From contig OZ024743.1 in NCBI GenBank assembly GCA_964016885.1, positions 318,804,001 through 318,868,000 of the forward strand: a stretch of 64,000 nucleotides of DNA, in the 5' to 3' direction. Below, in pieces: positions 33,386-44,932 of this stretch. Position numbers and translations under genes: made by a program. The notes under the pieces are model-generated. The model saw only the letters and a program-made list of their open reading frames with translations, had not been told where the DNA came from and searched no databases. How positions within the stretch are numbered: the stretch's first letter is position 1; every line of letters starts with the position of its first letter. This stretch comes from Eledone cirrhosa. Its lineage: Eukaryota.

Positions 33386-34077
33386 TATACGTGCGTGCGT
33401 GCGTGTGTGTGTGTGTGAAAACAACCACCACACACATGCATATATAATTTCTTACACTTAAGTATAATAATCCTCTAATTTTTAAAACAAATTATTTATT
33501 TTCATTCGTATTTTTGTAAAAGCGGGGATTATAGTGAAATGAATCAAGGTAATTATTGGTAATTGTATACGATAAGGAGATGACATGCACAGTAGAGCCA
33601 TGCGAAGAGAGCATAATCTTAAGTTGAGATATGCTTGCTTTATCCAGTAACCCCTTAATGAGTCGTAGGGCGCCGTATTGACATACGGCGTTTCTAGGGC
33701 ATTTTAAAATCTAGCGGTACCCATCCCCTCTCCAGTTCTGAATGCAAACAGATTTTGTCCAGAGAAGGATAGAGAGTGATATGATGGAAGTGTGCAAGAG
33801 ATGTAAAGGGAGAATCGAACCCAGTACTAAACTATTTCTTTTTTCTTATCAACTTCGAATGGATGAAAGACAAAGTTGTACTCAGAGAGTAGAAAGCCGA
33901 AACGAATACTGCAAAGAATTATATCTGACGTTCTAACGACTCTGCCAATTCGTTGCCTCATGTTGAAATGTAGAGACATTGAAATAACCAGTGTACAGCA
34001 TAATTCCTACATACATACTATTGACATGAAGACAGCTTTACAGAGAGTCAAACGTTGTTGGGTCCTAAATTAAGAAT

Positions 34078-34295
34078 AATAGTTTCTGATATAGGCACAA
34101 GGCCAACAATTTTGGGTGAGGGGTAACCCGATTAAATCGACCCCAGTACGTTATTGGTACTTTATTTTATCAATCAGGTAAGGATGAAAGGCAAAGCTAA
34201 CCTCGGCGGGATTTGAACTCAGAACTCAAAGGAGCGTAACTCTATGTCGCAGGCATGTTGTCCGACGCTCTACCAATACTGCCAATCCACTGCCC
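34078..34295 (-). mobile_element. tRNA-derived SINE, dominant family
   Basis: Full reverse copy with B box ggatttgaactcag. Confidence 0.85.
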
Positions 34296-35015
34296 AAATT
34301 GGGAATAATGTCATTATTTTTACGTTGGTAAAACACACACACACACACACACACACACCCACACACACACACAATAGTATTGCCACACACACATATACAA
34401 TATTATTGCCACACATTATGATTTTTCACCTTATGATTTCAAACCCTGTTAAAGTCAACTTTGGCTTTCTTCCTTCTGGGAGTCAAGAGTATATAGTACC
34501 AGTCCAATACTAGGTTCGATATAACTAACATTCTCCTTCCCTCCAAAAGTGTTAACCTTGTGTCTAAATTAGAAGCCATTATTATTTGTCAGTAATGCAC
34601 TGGGTAATTGCTGGCCTTGTGCCTAAAGTAGAAACAATTATTATTTGTGCCATTCTGAGTACAAATCCCGCCGAGGTTAACTTTGTCTTTCATCCTTACG
34701 GGTTCGATAAAATAAAGTACCAGTAATGCACTGGGTAATTGCTGGCCTTGTGCCAAAAGTAGAAACAATTATTATTTGGATGGGGTAGGGGCGGTGGGCT
34801 AACAAAATCGTTAAGGCTTCTTCTTCGCCCACTTATTCTTGGGACGGCGTGGCGGCAGAATCCTCTAACACTTATTTCAGTGGGTTCTGTTAACAGCATC
34901 CGTCCCAATTGATCCGCCTGGATATCTTGCTCGGGCTCTACTCCTGTCAGTTGGCTTTGTCCGTTAAATCTGTCCAGCGATTCTTACCTGAAACATTCTA
35001 ACCTCATGCCCATAG

Positions 35016-35228
35016 TATCGAAGCTGTGATCTATGGGGCGGCTTTCTGATCTCCGAGCTACGCACTCTATCGAAGCTGTGATCTATGGGGCGGCTTTCTG
35101 ATCTCCGAGCTACGCACTCTATCGAAGCTGTGATCTCCGGGGCGGCTTTCTGATCTCCGAGCTACGCACTCTATCGAAGCTGTGATCTCCGGGGCGGCTT
35201 TCTGATCTCCGAGCTACGTACTCTATCG
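35016..35228 (-). repeat. 4 x 52-bp tandem repeat derived from a deleted RTE LINE fragment
   Basis: atcgaagctg at 35017, 35069, 35121 and 35173; reverse complement matches agagtgcatagctcggagatcag...gagatcacag of the LINE at about 2265-2340. Confidence 0.85.
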
Positions 35229-35457
35229 GCCGCTTGTATTCGCGATCGTAGGTGTCGGACAAAAATGATTTGCGGAATTTTTTCCCGGTACTCAACGCTC
35301 TGAGTTTAAATCCCACCGAAATCAACTTAACTTTTTATCATTTCAGAGATCAATAAAATAGACTACCAGTCAAGTACTGGGGTTCAATTCAATTGATTAC
35401 TCTTCCCCACAAATAGGTGGCCTTGTGCCTTAAGTAGAAATCATTATTATTTGGATG

Positions 35458-35680
35458 AGCGGTGAATTGGCAGTATCGGTAGAGGGTTGGACGCCATGCT
35501 TTCTAGCATAGTTACGTCCCTTTACAGTCTGAGTTCAAATCCCGCCGAGGTTAACTTTGCCTTTCATCCTTACGGGGTCGATAAAATAAAGCACCAGTAA
35601 CGTACTGGTGTCGATTTAATCGACTTTCCCCTCCCCCCCAAATGACTGGCCTTGTGCCTATACTAGAAATAATTATTATT
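35458..35680 (+). mobile_element. Full-length tRNA-derived SINE, dominant family
   Basis: A box, B box, core and (att)n tail intact. Confidence 0.9.
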
Positions 35681-35864
35681 TGGATGGGTGAGGAGTGGGA
35701 AAAGGTGACAACAGCATCTCGGTCATAGCCACTCCAGATACTCTCCTCCCAGCAGTGAATATATCACATACACCGTCCGCTTTAAATCTGTAAATCAGTA
35801 GTTTATAATATAAGAAATATAATCTAAATATATTAAGATCTACTATCTACATGTGTGTTTGTGT

Positions 35865-36520
35865 GCGAACAAGCGTGTATGTGTGTAAGTACATAGAGGA
35901 GGAGGGGGGTTATGTTTGTATGAGTGTGGGTATAGAGAGAGAAATAGAGAGGCTGTGTTTGGAGAGAGAGAGAGAGAGGGGTATTTATAAATTGTGTATG
36001 TGTCCGAACAAGCGTGTATGTGTGTAAGTACATAGAGGAGGAGGGGGGGTTATGTTTGTATGAGTGTGGGTATAGAGAGAGAAATAGAGCGGCTGTGTTT
36101 GGAGAGAGAGAGAGAGAGGGGTATTTATAAATTGTGTATGTGTCCGAACAAGCGTGTATGTGTGTAAGTACATAGAGGAGGAGGGGGGTTATGTTTGTAT
36201 GAGTGTGGGTATAGAGAGAGAAATAGAGAGGCTGTGTTTGGAGAGAGAGAGAGAGAGGGGTATTTATAAATTGTGTATGTGTCCGAACAAGCGTGTATGT
36301 GTGTAAGTACATTGAGAAAAGAGGGTTAGGTGTGTATGTGTATATCTATGTAGAGAGAGAGGTTGTATTTGTAAAGAGAGGGGTGGGTATTTATAAAGTA
36401 TGTGTATGTGTGCAAACAAGCGTGTATGTATGTAAGTACATAGAGGAAGGAGGTATGGCTTTATGAGTGTGTGTGTTTATGTAGAGATAGGCGGGTATTT
36501 ATAAATTATATGTATATGTG
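35865..36520. repeat. About 139-140-bp minisatellite: 3 near-perfect units plus degenerate units
   Basis: gaacaagcgtgtatgtgtgtaagtacat at 35867, 36006, 36146 and 36285; degenerate copy at about 36415. Confidence 0.92.
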
Positions 36521-37150
36521 CTTTTGTGTGTGTGTATATGTATATAGAAAGGGAAGGATTCAGAGAACGGTTGTATTTATAAATTATATGTGTGTGCGTG
36601 TGCGTGTCAAGAGACAGAAAGAGTGAAGGAATAAGAGAGACGGTGTTTTTGTAAATGTGTATAAATGTATGCGTGTTTATGTGTGTCTATGTGAGAAGAA
36701 GGAGGGAGAAAGAAGGAGAAATAGAGAAGTTGTGTTTGTAAATGCGTTTAAATGTGTGCGTGTGTAATGAATCATGAAATGATGTTATGGAATTCTACAA
36801 CTAAATAACCCCCACCACCAAAAAATACTTATAACAAAAAAATAAAAATAATAAACGTAAGAAAAATAACTAACATGAAACAACAACAAGAGCACACATC
36901 GAGCCCTTGGAAAGGACGAGAGAAATGTGTAGTGGGGAGAGGGTGGGGTGACAACAGGAGTAAAGGCGGACATTTTTTTTCTTCTTTTGCTACAGTGAAG
37001 AAGTGGGGAAAGACTTGCTATAAATAAATAAATAAATAGATAAAATAGGATACCGGCAGACGACACTGGGAAACCTTAACAGAATAAAAAGCCGGCGTTG
37101 AAACAGTTTTTGAATTAGTTTACACACGGAGGGAAATTTTAGTGATATAT

Positions 37151-37304
<154 letters not shown>

Positions 37305-37309
37305 CATAT

Positions 37310-38520
37310 TACCAAGTCAGCTTGATGGGGTTGACAGTTTAGTCGTGGAAGGCTTGGCCATGCTGTACTGGGTTACATGTTACCAGTAGCACTCGAGAGC
37401 GATCTGACATGAAGCTGGTTTGGTGAGGAGGGTGACGTTTTGGACATCCTGTGGGAGGAAAAACAAAACCCATCAAAGAGCGGAGGAATTCATAAGAGTT
37501 AACGGCTATCCAAAAATTTACTAACAGAGGGAAACTTTGATAGAAAACTTGAAGAAGAATTAGTTGCTGGTTGTTGCAACCTATGCTGGGCCATCGACGT
37601 TCTTGCTGGTTTTGTCTGAAAAGTGGGCGTGGTTCTGTGCAAGTAACGTCCATTATAATCAGACGGATAACAGAATACATCTTCAATGACATCTTTGGAA
37701 AATGCGTCCTGGAACGTATACACGCTATGCGATTGTAATACGTAACGATTTGCGGGATGTCAGATCTAACCGTTAATGATCGGATTGTTGGAGGGATCAC
37801 CGGCTTGTAAGAGCAACTCTCTGTGTTCGTGTGCGGAAGAAGATGAAACATGGTGGTGTCAGGGTGCAGACATATAATCCTCTCACAATAGGCCTCCCTA
37901 GAAAAACGAAAGTATTTTCAAGAAGCAGTTCAACAAATTGAAGTTACCAACAGTGATGATGCATGTCTGTCTTTTAGCTTTATAGGGATTTATGGAACAA
38001 TGGCCACGACTTTGGGTTATGCAGAGAAAAAACACCAAGACTAATTTACTGCAAATGAGCCACTAGTGGAAAGCCTTCTAAGAGAAAATAAAATATGCCT
38101 GGACAAGTTCTTACGCTCAAAGGAAGGTGCAAAGAAACCTCATCTGGAGAAGACTTTCAAAGAATGTAAGGTACGAGTGCAACACGACCTAAGAGCAGCA
38201 AAATATTCTTGGTGGTGTGATCAAGCGCACCACATAGAAGCATTGGCAGAAAGACGAGATGCTAAATCATTATATCACGAACTACGCACAGTATATGGCC
38301 CACCCACCAAAGTCTTTGTCTCACTGCGGTCAAAAAAAGGAAACGAAGTGTTGCGTAAACCTAATGAAATCATGACAAAATGGCGGGAACACTTTAACTA
38401 CCCCCTATGCCACGTATCTCTTGTTAATCCCTACATGATTGAGGCCATGGAGCAGATTCCTGTCATTAACAAGCTTGATGATCCTCCCACAGAACTGCAA
38501 GGATACCATTCTCGCCACCC
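37310..38520 (+). mobile_element. RTE-clade LINE 5' part with internally deleted APE endonuclease
   Basis: ASWNVYTLCD (about 37700-37735) followed within about 60 bp by DCWRDHRLVRA (APE C-terminal DH motif); ORF 38066-38593 has LRAAKYSWW, LRTVYGP, KWREHF and LDDPPT, typical of the RTE EN-RT linker. Confidence 0.8.
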
Positions 38521-38690
38521 CTATCTCATATATATATATATGATTGTTTCATATGTTTATTTTATATATATATGTCAATCGATTTCTAGTTGATATAAAT
38601 GCTCGGGTCTATTCACTGGAGTCTTTGAGCATATTCTACAGAGGTTGTGGCGCATGTTTCTCAGACATGACATTCTTAATTTAATCTTGG

Positions 38691-38786
<96 letters not shown>

Positions 38787-39515
38787 TAAGGTAACCATGT
38801 TGTCAATAATGATGGCAATAGCTGTTTCGATGGAAAAAAGACTTTCCATCATGAGAAACCGTACAGTTAATGTAATTGTATCTACGATAAAATTACATAA
38901 ATGTTCAGCATATATGTACGCACAAATGTCATGCAGGATTAACTCTGAGTAGCTTTGGAAAAATAACTATTTACAGAGACAAAGGTAGGGTTACAATCCA
39001 TGACCTTATGATTCGAATGGGAACTTCTGACTAAGTTAGTAAATCCATTGTGTGTATATATATGTGTTTATTTGAGCGTAAATTTTAAAGAGTTAGAGAC
39101 AGAGATGTATATAAATATACAAATGTACGTAACGTATTATTATGGTTGATATGTGTGTTTGTGTATCAAAAATGGAACGTAGAATATCAGTTTAACAAAC
39201 ATTTATGCTTATTACATTCGTAACATCGGCTCAAAAAACATTGATAATTACATAAATTATTATGTAATTATGCGGTTAGACTTCGAGATTGCGGCTCTTC
39301 CTCCCTATATTACAGAAACACGAGTGAAATATGTGTTATAAAAATATACGTTTGTTAATTCGATATTTCACTCACCATATTTTTATTCGTATACTCTCTG
39401 ATACCAAGTAGATGCTGTTAGCCATCCTTTCTACTGACACTACTACACCTTCAAATCACGACAACACATGGAGTGTTGAACATGGTTTACGACATCATTT
39501 ACTACAGTATAACCA

Positions 39516-39583
<68 letters not shown>

Positions 39584-39587
<4 letters not shown>

Positions 39588-39880
39588 GTGGAACACTGGA
39601 AGGTAATATCCGAAGTGGTAGAGCACTCAGTCCAAGGGACGAGTTAGGTAGAAGTGGTTACATATCAGTTAGTTCACCATACAGAGAACAATTGTTTCAC
39701 CTTAGCGGATCTTCAGCGTGCGAGAGTCTAGTATTGCCTGTGTGAAGTGACCGGGTTTCTGCGCATGCGCGTTCGTACGGTTGTCCTTCCTGTTCCTATA
39801 ACCATGCCCATTTCGAGCTGAAGATCCGCTAAGGTGAAACAATTGTTCTCGGTATGGTGAAATAACTGTTGTGTAACCAC

Positions 39881-39885
<5 letters not shown>
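39584..39885. mobile_element. (TA)n-embedded palindromic island, family C
   Basis: 69-bp arms 39649-39717 / 39817-39885, about 99-bp spacer, unique tail 39584-39648. Confidence 0.82.
39814..39851 (+). ncRNA. Minimal type I hammerhead ribozyme
   Basis: cgag-CTGAAGA-tccgctaaggt-GAAA-caattg-TT-ctcg; stem I cgag/ctcg, ACAATTGT palindromic stem III. The inverted copy at 39684-39717 lacks the 5' strand of stem I. Confidence 0.82.
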
Positions 39886-39946
<61 letters not shown>

Positions 39947-40048
39947 CGTTGTTTCCTCTTCTCACCTATTTCATCTTATATTTGTCATCCTATCTTTTGA
40001 TGTACTATTGTTTGCTCTGTTATTTCTGTTTCCTTTTTGCACACACAT

Positions 40049-40122
<74 letters not shown>

Positions 40123-40697
40123 CTAATCGTTTTCATACTAAATTGCCTGAAACCGGCCTGGGGTTCTATGATGCAAAACTGTTTATTTTAAATGATTTAT
40201 ATTCATCTTGATGTTTTGCGATAGGATATATTGAAACTAATAAAACTTTTTGTTTTTGCAACTCTGTTTGTCTTGCCTATTCTTGAACTATATGAATATA
40301 TATCGGCTATTGGAATAAGACAAAAATTAATGCTGGGAGGATATTTTATACGGAATTATGGGAAAGAAAATCGTGTTTTGAGAGAGAAACAGAAAGTAGG
40401 ATAATGTTTCCGTAATAAGTTTCAATATATTGATCAGTAATTTAACCCAGAGATGCACAACGAAGTCTGGGAGTTACATATAACCAGAACTGGGCTACAC
40501 AAAACCTTTAGTAGAATATGGTGACATTACTATTTTTTTCTTTTTTCTTATTTTACTGATTTCAGTAAGTAGACTACGGCCATAATATAGTCGATCATAT
40601 TGACGCCCTACAACTCGTTTTTTTCAAGCCTGGTATTTATTTTATCAATTTATTTTCGTTGAACCGCTAAGTAACGAAGCATAAGCACAAAGACACG

Positions 40698-40829
40698 CTC
40701 TCTCTCTCTCTCACTCACTCACTCACTCACTCACTCACTCACTCACTCACTCACTCACTCACTCACTCACTCACTCACTCACTCACTCACTCACTCACTC
40801 ACTCACTCACTCACTCACTCACTCACTCA

Positions 40830-40907
<78 letters not shown>
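40698..40907. repeat. Compound (CT)n-(CTCA)n-(CA)n microsatellite
   Basis: Directly visible. Confidence 0.95.
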
Positions 40908-40908
<1 letters not shown>

Positions 40909-41098
40909 GAGAGACGGCTAAAACGTCCATAGCTGACCAAGATACTCTTATGGAGTGATCAAGTGAGGTTTAATTTTCAACATAGTCCACGGAAAGAAAC
41001 AATTCAGTTATTAATAAGAAGAGTTGAAATTAATGCATGCAAGGATTTCACAGCTTTAGCATCACTTCAGTCAGCCTATGGATATTTCGACTCATCCT

Positions 41099-41197
<99 letters not shown>

Positions 41198-41350
41198 TTC
41201 TCCACCCAACTCTTTTTATCCCAATAACTTAATTTAGTTATTGTATCGCCCTAGCTTGAGGTATATGGTCTGTAATGCGAAGAAATACCTATGATGGCTA
41301 GTAGACCACTGATGACGGATATTCCTAACTTCTATTTCTAATTCTTCATT

Positions 41351-41402
<52 letters not shown>

Positions 41403-41565
41403 AAGCAAATTATAAACGTAAACATGTAAGTATGTTTTTGAAACGGTGCGCGAGTTTGAAATTAGAAATTAGAAATTATAAGCTTTCGCCGTATTTTAGA
41501 CTAAAGAAATTTCTAGCCTGATAGTGGGGTTTATTAATAAATATAGACATTCATGTGATCAAATA

Positions 41566-41610
41566 TATTTTATTATACATATTTCAGATACGTTCTCGTC
41601 AGATAAAATA
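41566..41610 (-). ncRNA. Minimal type I hammerhead ribozyme
   Basis: Minus strand tattttat-CTGACGA-gaacgtatct-GAAA-tatgta-TA-ataaaata; stem I 8/8; in TA-flanked island about 41398-41800. Confidence 0.82.
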
Positions 41611-41792
41611 AGTTGATGCCTGACATACTTTGACTATGTTGATGGTTATAATTCAGTCATGGCAGTGATTAGTTATGACAAAACTCAATATACATTAAGT
41701 TGAAACATGAAAAATTACATATAATACAGAGGGTACGTATGAGAATGTGTATAAACTTTATTCATTGATTAATTCATTGAACCTTGTTAAAC

Positions 41793-41849
<57 letters not shown>

Positions 41850-42177
41850 CTCCTGCAGTTTCCACCTGCCAAGTTCCACTGACAAGGCGTTGGTCAACAT
41901 GGGACTACAGATGAAGACATTTGCCCAAGTTGCTACGCAGTGAGACTACGTAGTCAACAAGTGATTACGTAGTCAACTCAACTATACAGCGATGCCATTT
42001 ATATATTTTAGAAAATTACTTATGGCGTAATTTTGCGTGCAACACAACAGGAGCAAATAGGTCATTGGACCTAGGTATTATATGCTTCATTAACTTCGTC
42101 TAAAATTAATATTATAGTTTAAATTGGGGCGGTCGTTTGTCAGAATTGTCACAGAATCATTAGAGAAAGAGTGAGTG

Positions 42178-42218
<41 letters not shown>

Positions 42219-42411
42219 GAGAGAGAGGGGGGTGATAGATAGATAAAGACGGATGAAGAGAAGACCTTGAAAGCATTTTAGAACGTTTGCTCCAACCTCA
42301 TTTTGTCTTATATTTGTGTTCCATGAATTATTTATAAAAATATGTAAAAACGTGTGGAATGGACTCTAAACCACACTCTAATTATTAGAGTACGGTGGCG
42401 ATTGAAATTTT

Positions 42412-42609
42412 ACTGTATATTGACCACAGAAAATAATCTAATATTAGGATATATGAACCCCCAAAACGGTAAAAAGGGGCATTAGCATGCGTGGGAATCG
42501 AAATTAAGTGGTGTGGGTTCGATTGACACGCATGCTAATATCCACGTTTTTGGTTATGGGGGTTCATATGCCCTAATATTAGACTATTTTCCGCAGTCAA
42601 TATACGGTG
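42412..42609. repeat. Imperfect hairpin element (MITE-like)
   Basis: actgtatattgac...attagcatgcgtg / cacgcatgctaat...gtcaatatacggt arms of about 90 bp. Confidence 0.75.
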
Positions 42610-42648
42610 AAAGCATTTAATTCTATTATAAAAAATTCGTAAATAAAA

Positions 42649-42929
42649 ATTAATGGGAGAAAGGATATGAATGTTTCTCATTCCAGAACATGGGTCGTAG
42701 TTAAATAGAAAGGGTACTTATATCGGCCGCAGCATCAGTACCGTGCAATTTTATAAAATACTGGGAATCTATTTAAAACTAATTTCTGGCTATTGCTGGC
42801 CTTGTGTCTAAATCAGAAACTATTATCATTGCACGGTACTGATGCTGCGGCCGATATAAGTACCCTTTCTATTTAACTACGACCCATGTTCTGGAATGAG
42901 AAACATTCATATCCTTTCTCCCATTAATG
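42649..42929. repeat. Perfect inverted repeat (about 100 bp) with SINE-tail-derived spacer
   Basis: attaatgggagaaagg...gtaccgtgcaat / attgcacggtac...cctttctcccattaat. Confidence 0.9.
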
Positions 42930-43676
42930 TCATTCCTTATTATGACTGCTCTTATTTTGTGCCAAGGACTTTCTGGATACGTGTTGCCTAAATTAGAAAC
43001 CATTATTGTACTTTCTAAATAAATGTGCGTTTAAGCCTTTAATGTTGGTCTTGTTTAGTAAACGTTTAGTAAACGTTGGGTGGAATACGAACCCGGCTAA
43101 CTATGTTCGTAATACAGAGGAGTGGACGAAAAACAAACACTGGGAATTAACCGACGGCATCTTTTTCGTGCTGCTTATCGTCAAGAACTCCTGTGTCCTC
43201 AGTGTCGGACTGAAGAAAGAAACCCGTGAGGCAGCGTGGCTGATTTAACGAGTGTCGCTGATTGTACTCCATGGCAAAGTTTTCACCATTTTGTCCGCAT
43301 CGCTCAGCTTAAATACTCGCATACCGCCCTTTCAAAGGGATAGAGTTGCCATTTCCCGTTATCTACCCTATTTTTCATTATTTCATTTTTCTTCACACCC
43401 TTTCCCGTTCTCTCTTTTCCATTGATACAGTAAAATATTTTGTGTCATGAGAAAAACTAGATTCGCTTCGATCACTGATTCAAAGTGCAGATAACTGCGG
43501 GTGGCAATTTTCAGGAATCTACCACTTGTAGAAGACGTAATAAGGATTCCTCCTTGGAATGGCAAACATCCCCACTCGCGTTTGCAAAGGAGTGGATATA
43601 TAATCGACTACAACGGCATATTCTTCTCCTCAGTACACACACACATATGCGCACACACACACACACACATACACAC

Positions 43677-43747
<71 letters not shown>

Positions 43748-43959
43748 CATACATACATAGTATAGTACTGAGTACTCATTCTCGCGACCGTCAATACTAA
43801 GCGTAATCCATGTTGTCACAGCTCACACTGATGTAGGTTTAGCTGGCCACCTACCAAGTTGCTTCTCATAGGTTTCTCGTGTGTTATAATGATAGAGGCC
43901 CTAGTCGTACATACTCTTTTACCTGTTCCAGCCATCCGGGTGAGGCCATACTGGGGCAC

Positions 43960-43992
<33 letters not shown>

Positions 43993-44464
43993 CACACATC
44001 AAGTTTAATATAGAAATTGCTTCTACAGGACTAGGTCTGTAGAAGACATTTCTATATTAAACTTGATGTTTACACTCTACTATTGTATTGAGTACTTTAC
44101 TAACTGTGTTTACCTCCGATTGAATCCGGGACTCACACACACACACACACATATATATATATAAAGGTGTCCGCCCCCAAGACTGCACCAACCAGTATAA
44201 ATATATGCTCATGTCTAATTTGTAGACATGTAAACATGCCAGAAAATACGAATTTCGCAGTAAATAAAAAAATTATAAACATCTTCAATCGATTTTCGAA
44301 TCTTATTGGACAATCACCAGAAGACGTGTGTATCATCCAATCAAACACAAGGAAACATATATTTGATAGGGTATATAAACTTATTGACCCTTAGTATTAT
44401 TCTGAAATGGCATATTAATTTGCATATAATTAACTTCGTGTTGGAAATTAATTAAGTTATATAG

Positions 44465-44740
44465 TAAGAGGTGCGCTAACAGCTGAAGTGTATAACAAAG
44501 GTATATCTTTATACATACAGAGTGTGTAACTGCGACTGCACCGGCGTGTATAAATATATGCAAATATCTAATATAAAATTATTTCATTTTTTTTTTTTCA
44601 ATTTACAGGGAAATTTGTATTTTACATGCCTACACATTAGATCTGTATATATTTATACATGTTGGTGCAGTCTCGGTTATACACTCTGTATTTATACAGA
44701 TATGACTTTTTCATGCACTTCGGCTGCTAGCGCACTTCTT
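44465..44740. repeat. Imperfect foldback element
   Basis: taagaggtgcgctaacagctgaagtg...gactgcaccggcgtgtataaatatat versus atatatttatacatgttggtgcagtc...cacttcggctgctagcgcacttctta; partial third copy at about 44180-44260. Confidence 0.7.
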
Positions 44741-44877
44741 ACCACACACACACACATATGTATATACCCCTCCTCACACATATATATACCCCCCATATAT
44801 ATATATATGTATGTATGTATGTATGTATACACATACACACACACACATATATATATGTATACACGCACACACACATA

Positions 44878-44932
<55 letters not shown>

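Noticed and set aside
41300-41345. CTGATGA-c-ggatattcc as an HHR; similar half motifs at about 17835(-), 26225(-), 54920(-) and 58550
   Set aside because: GAAA box and/or stem I/III pairing missing; may be decayed ribozymes but cannot be supported.
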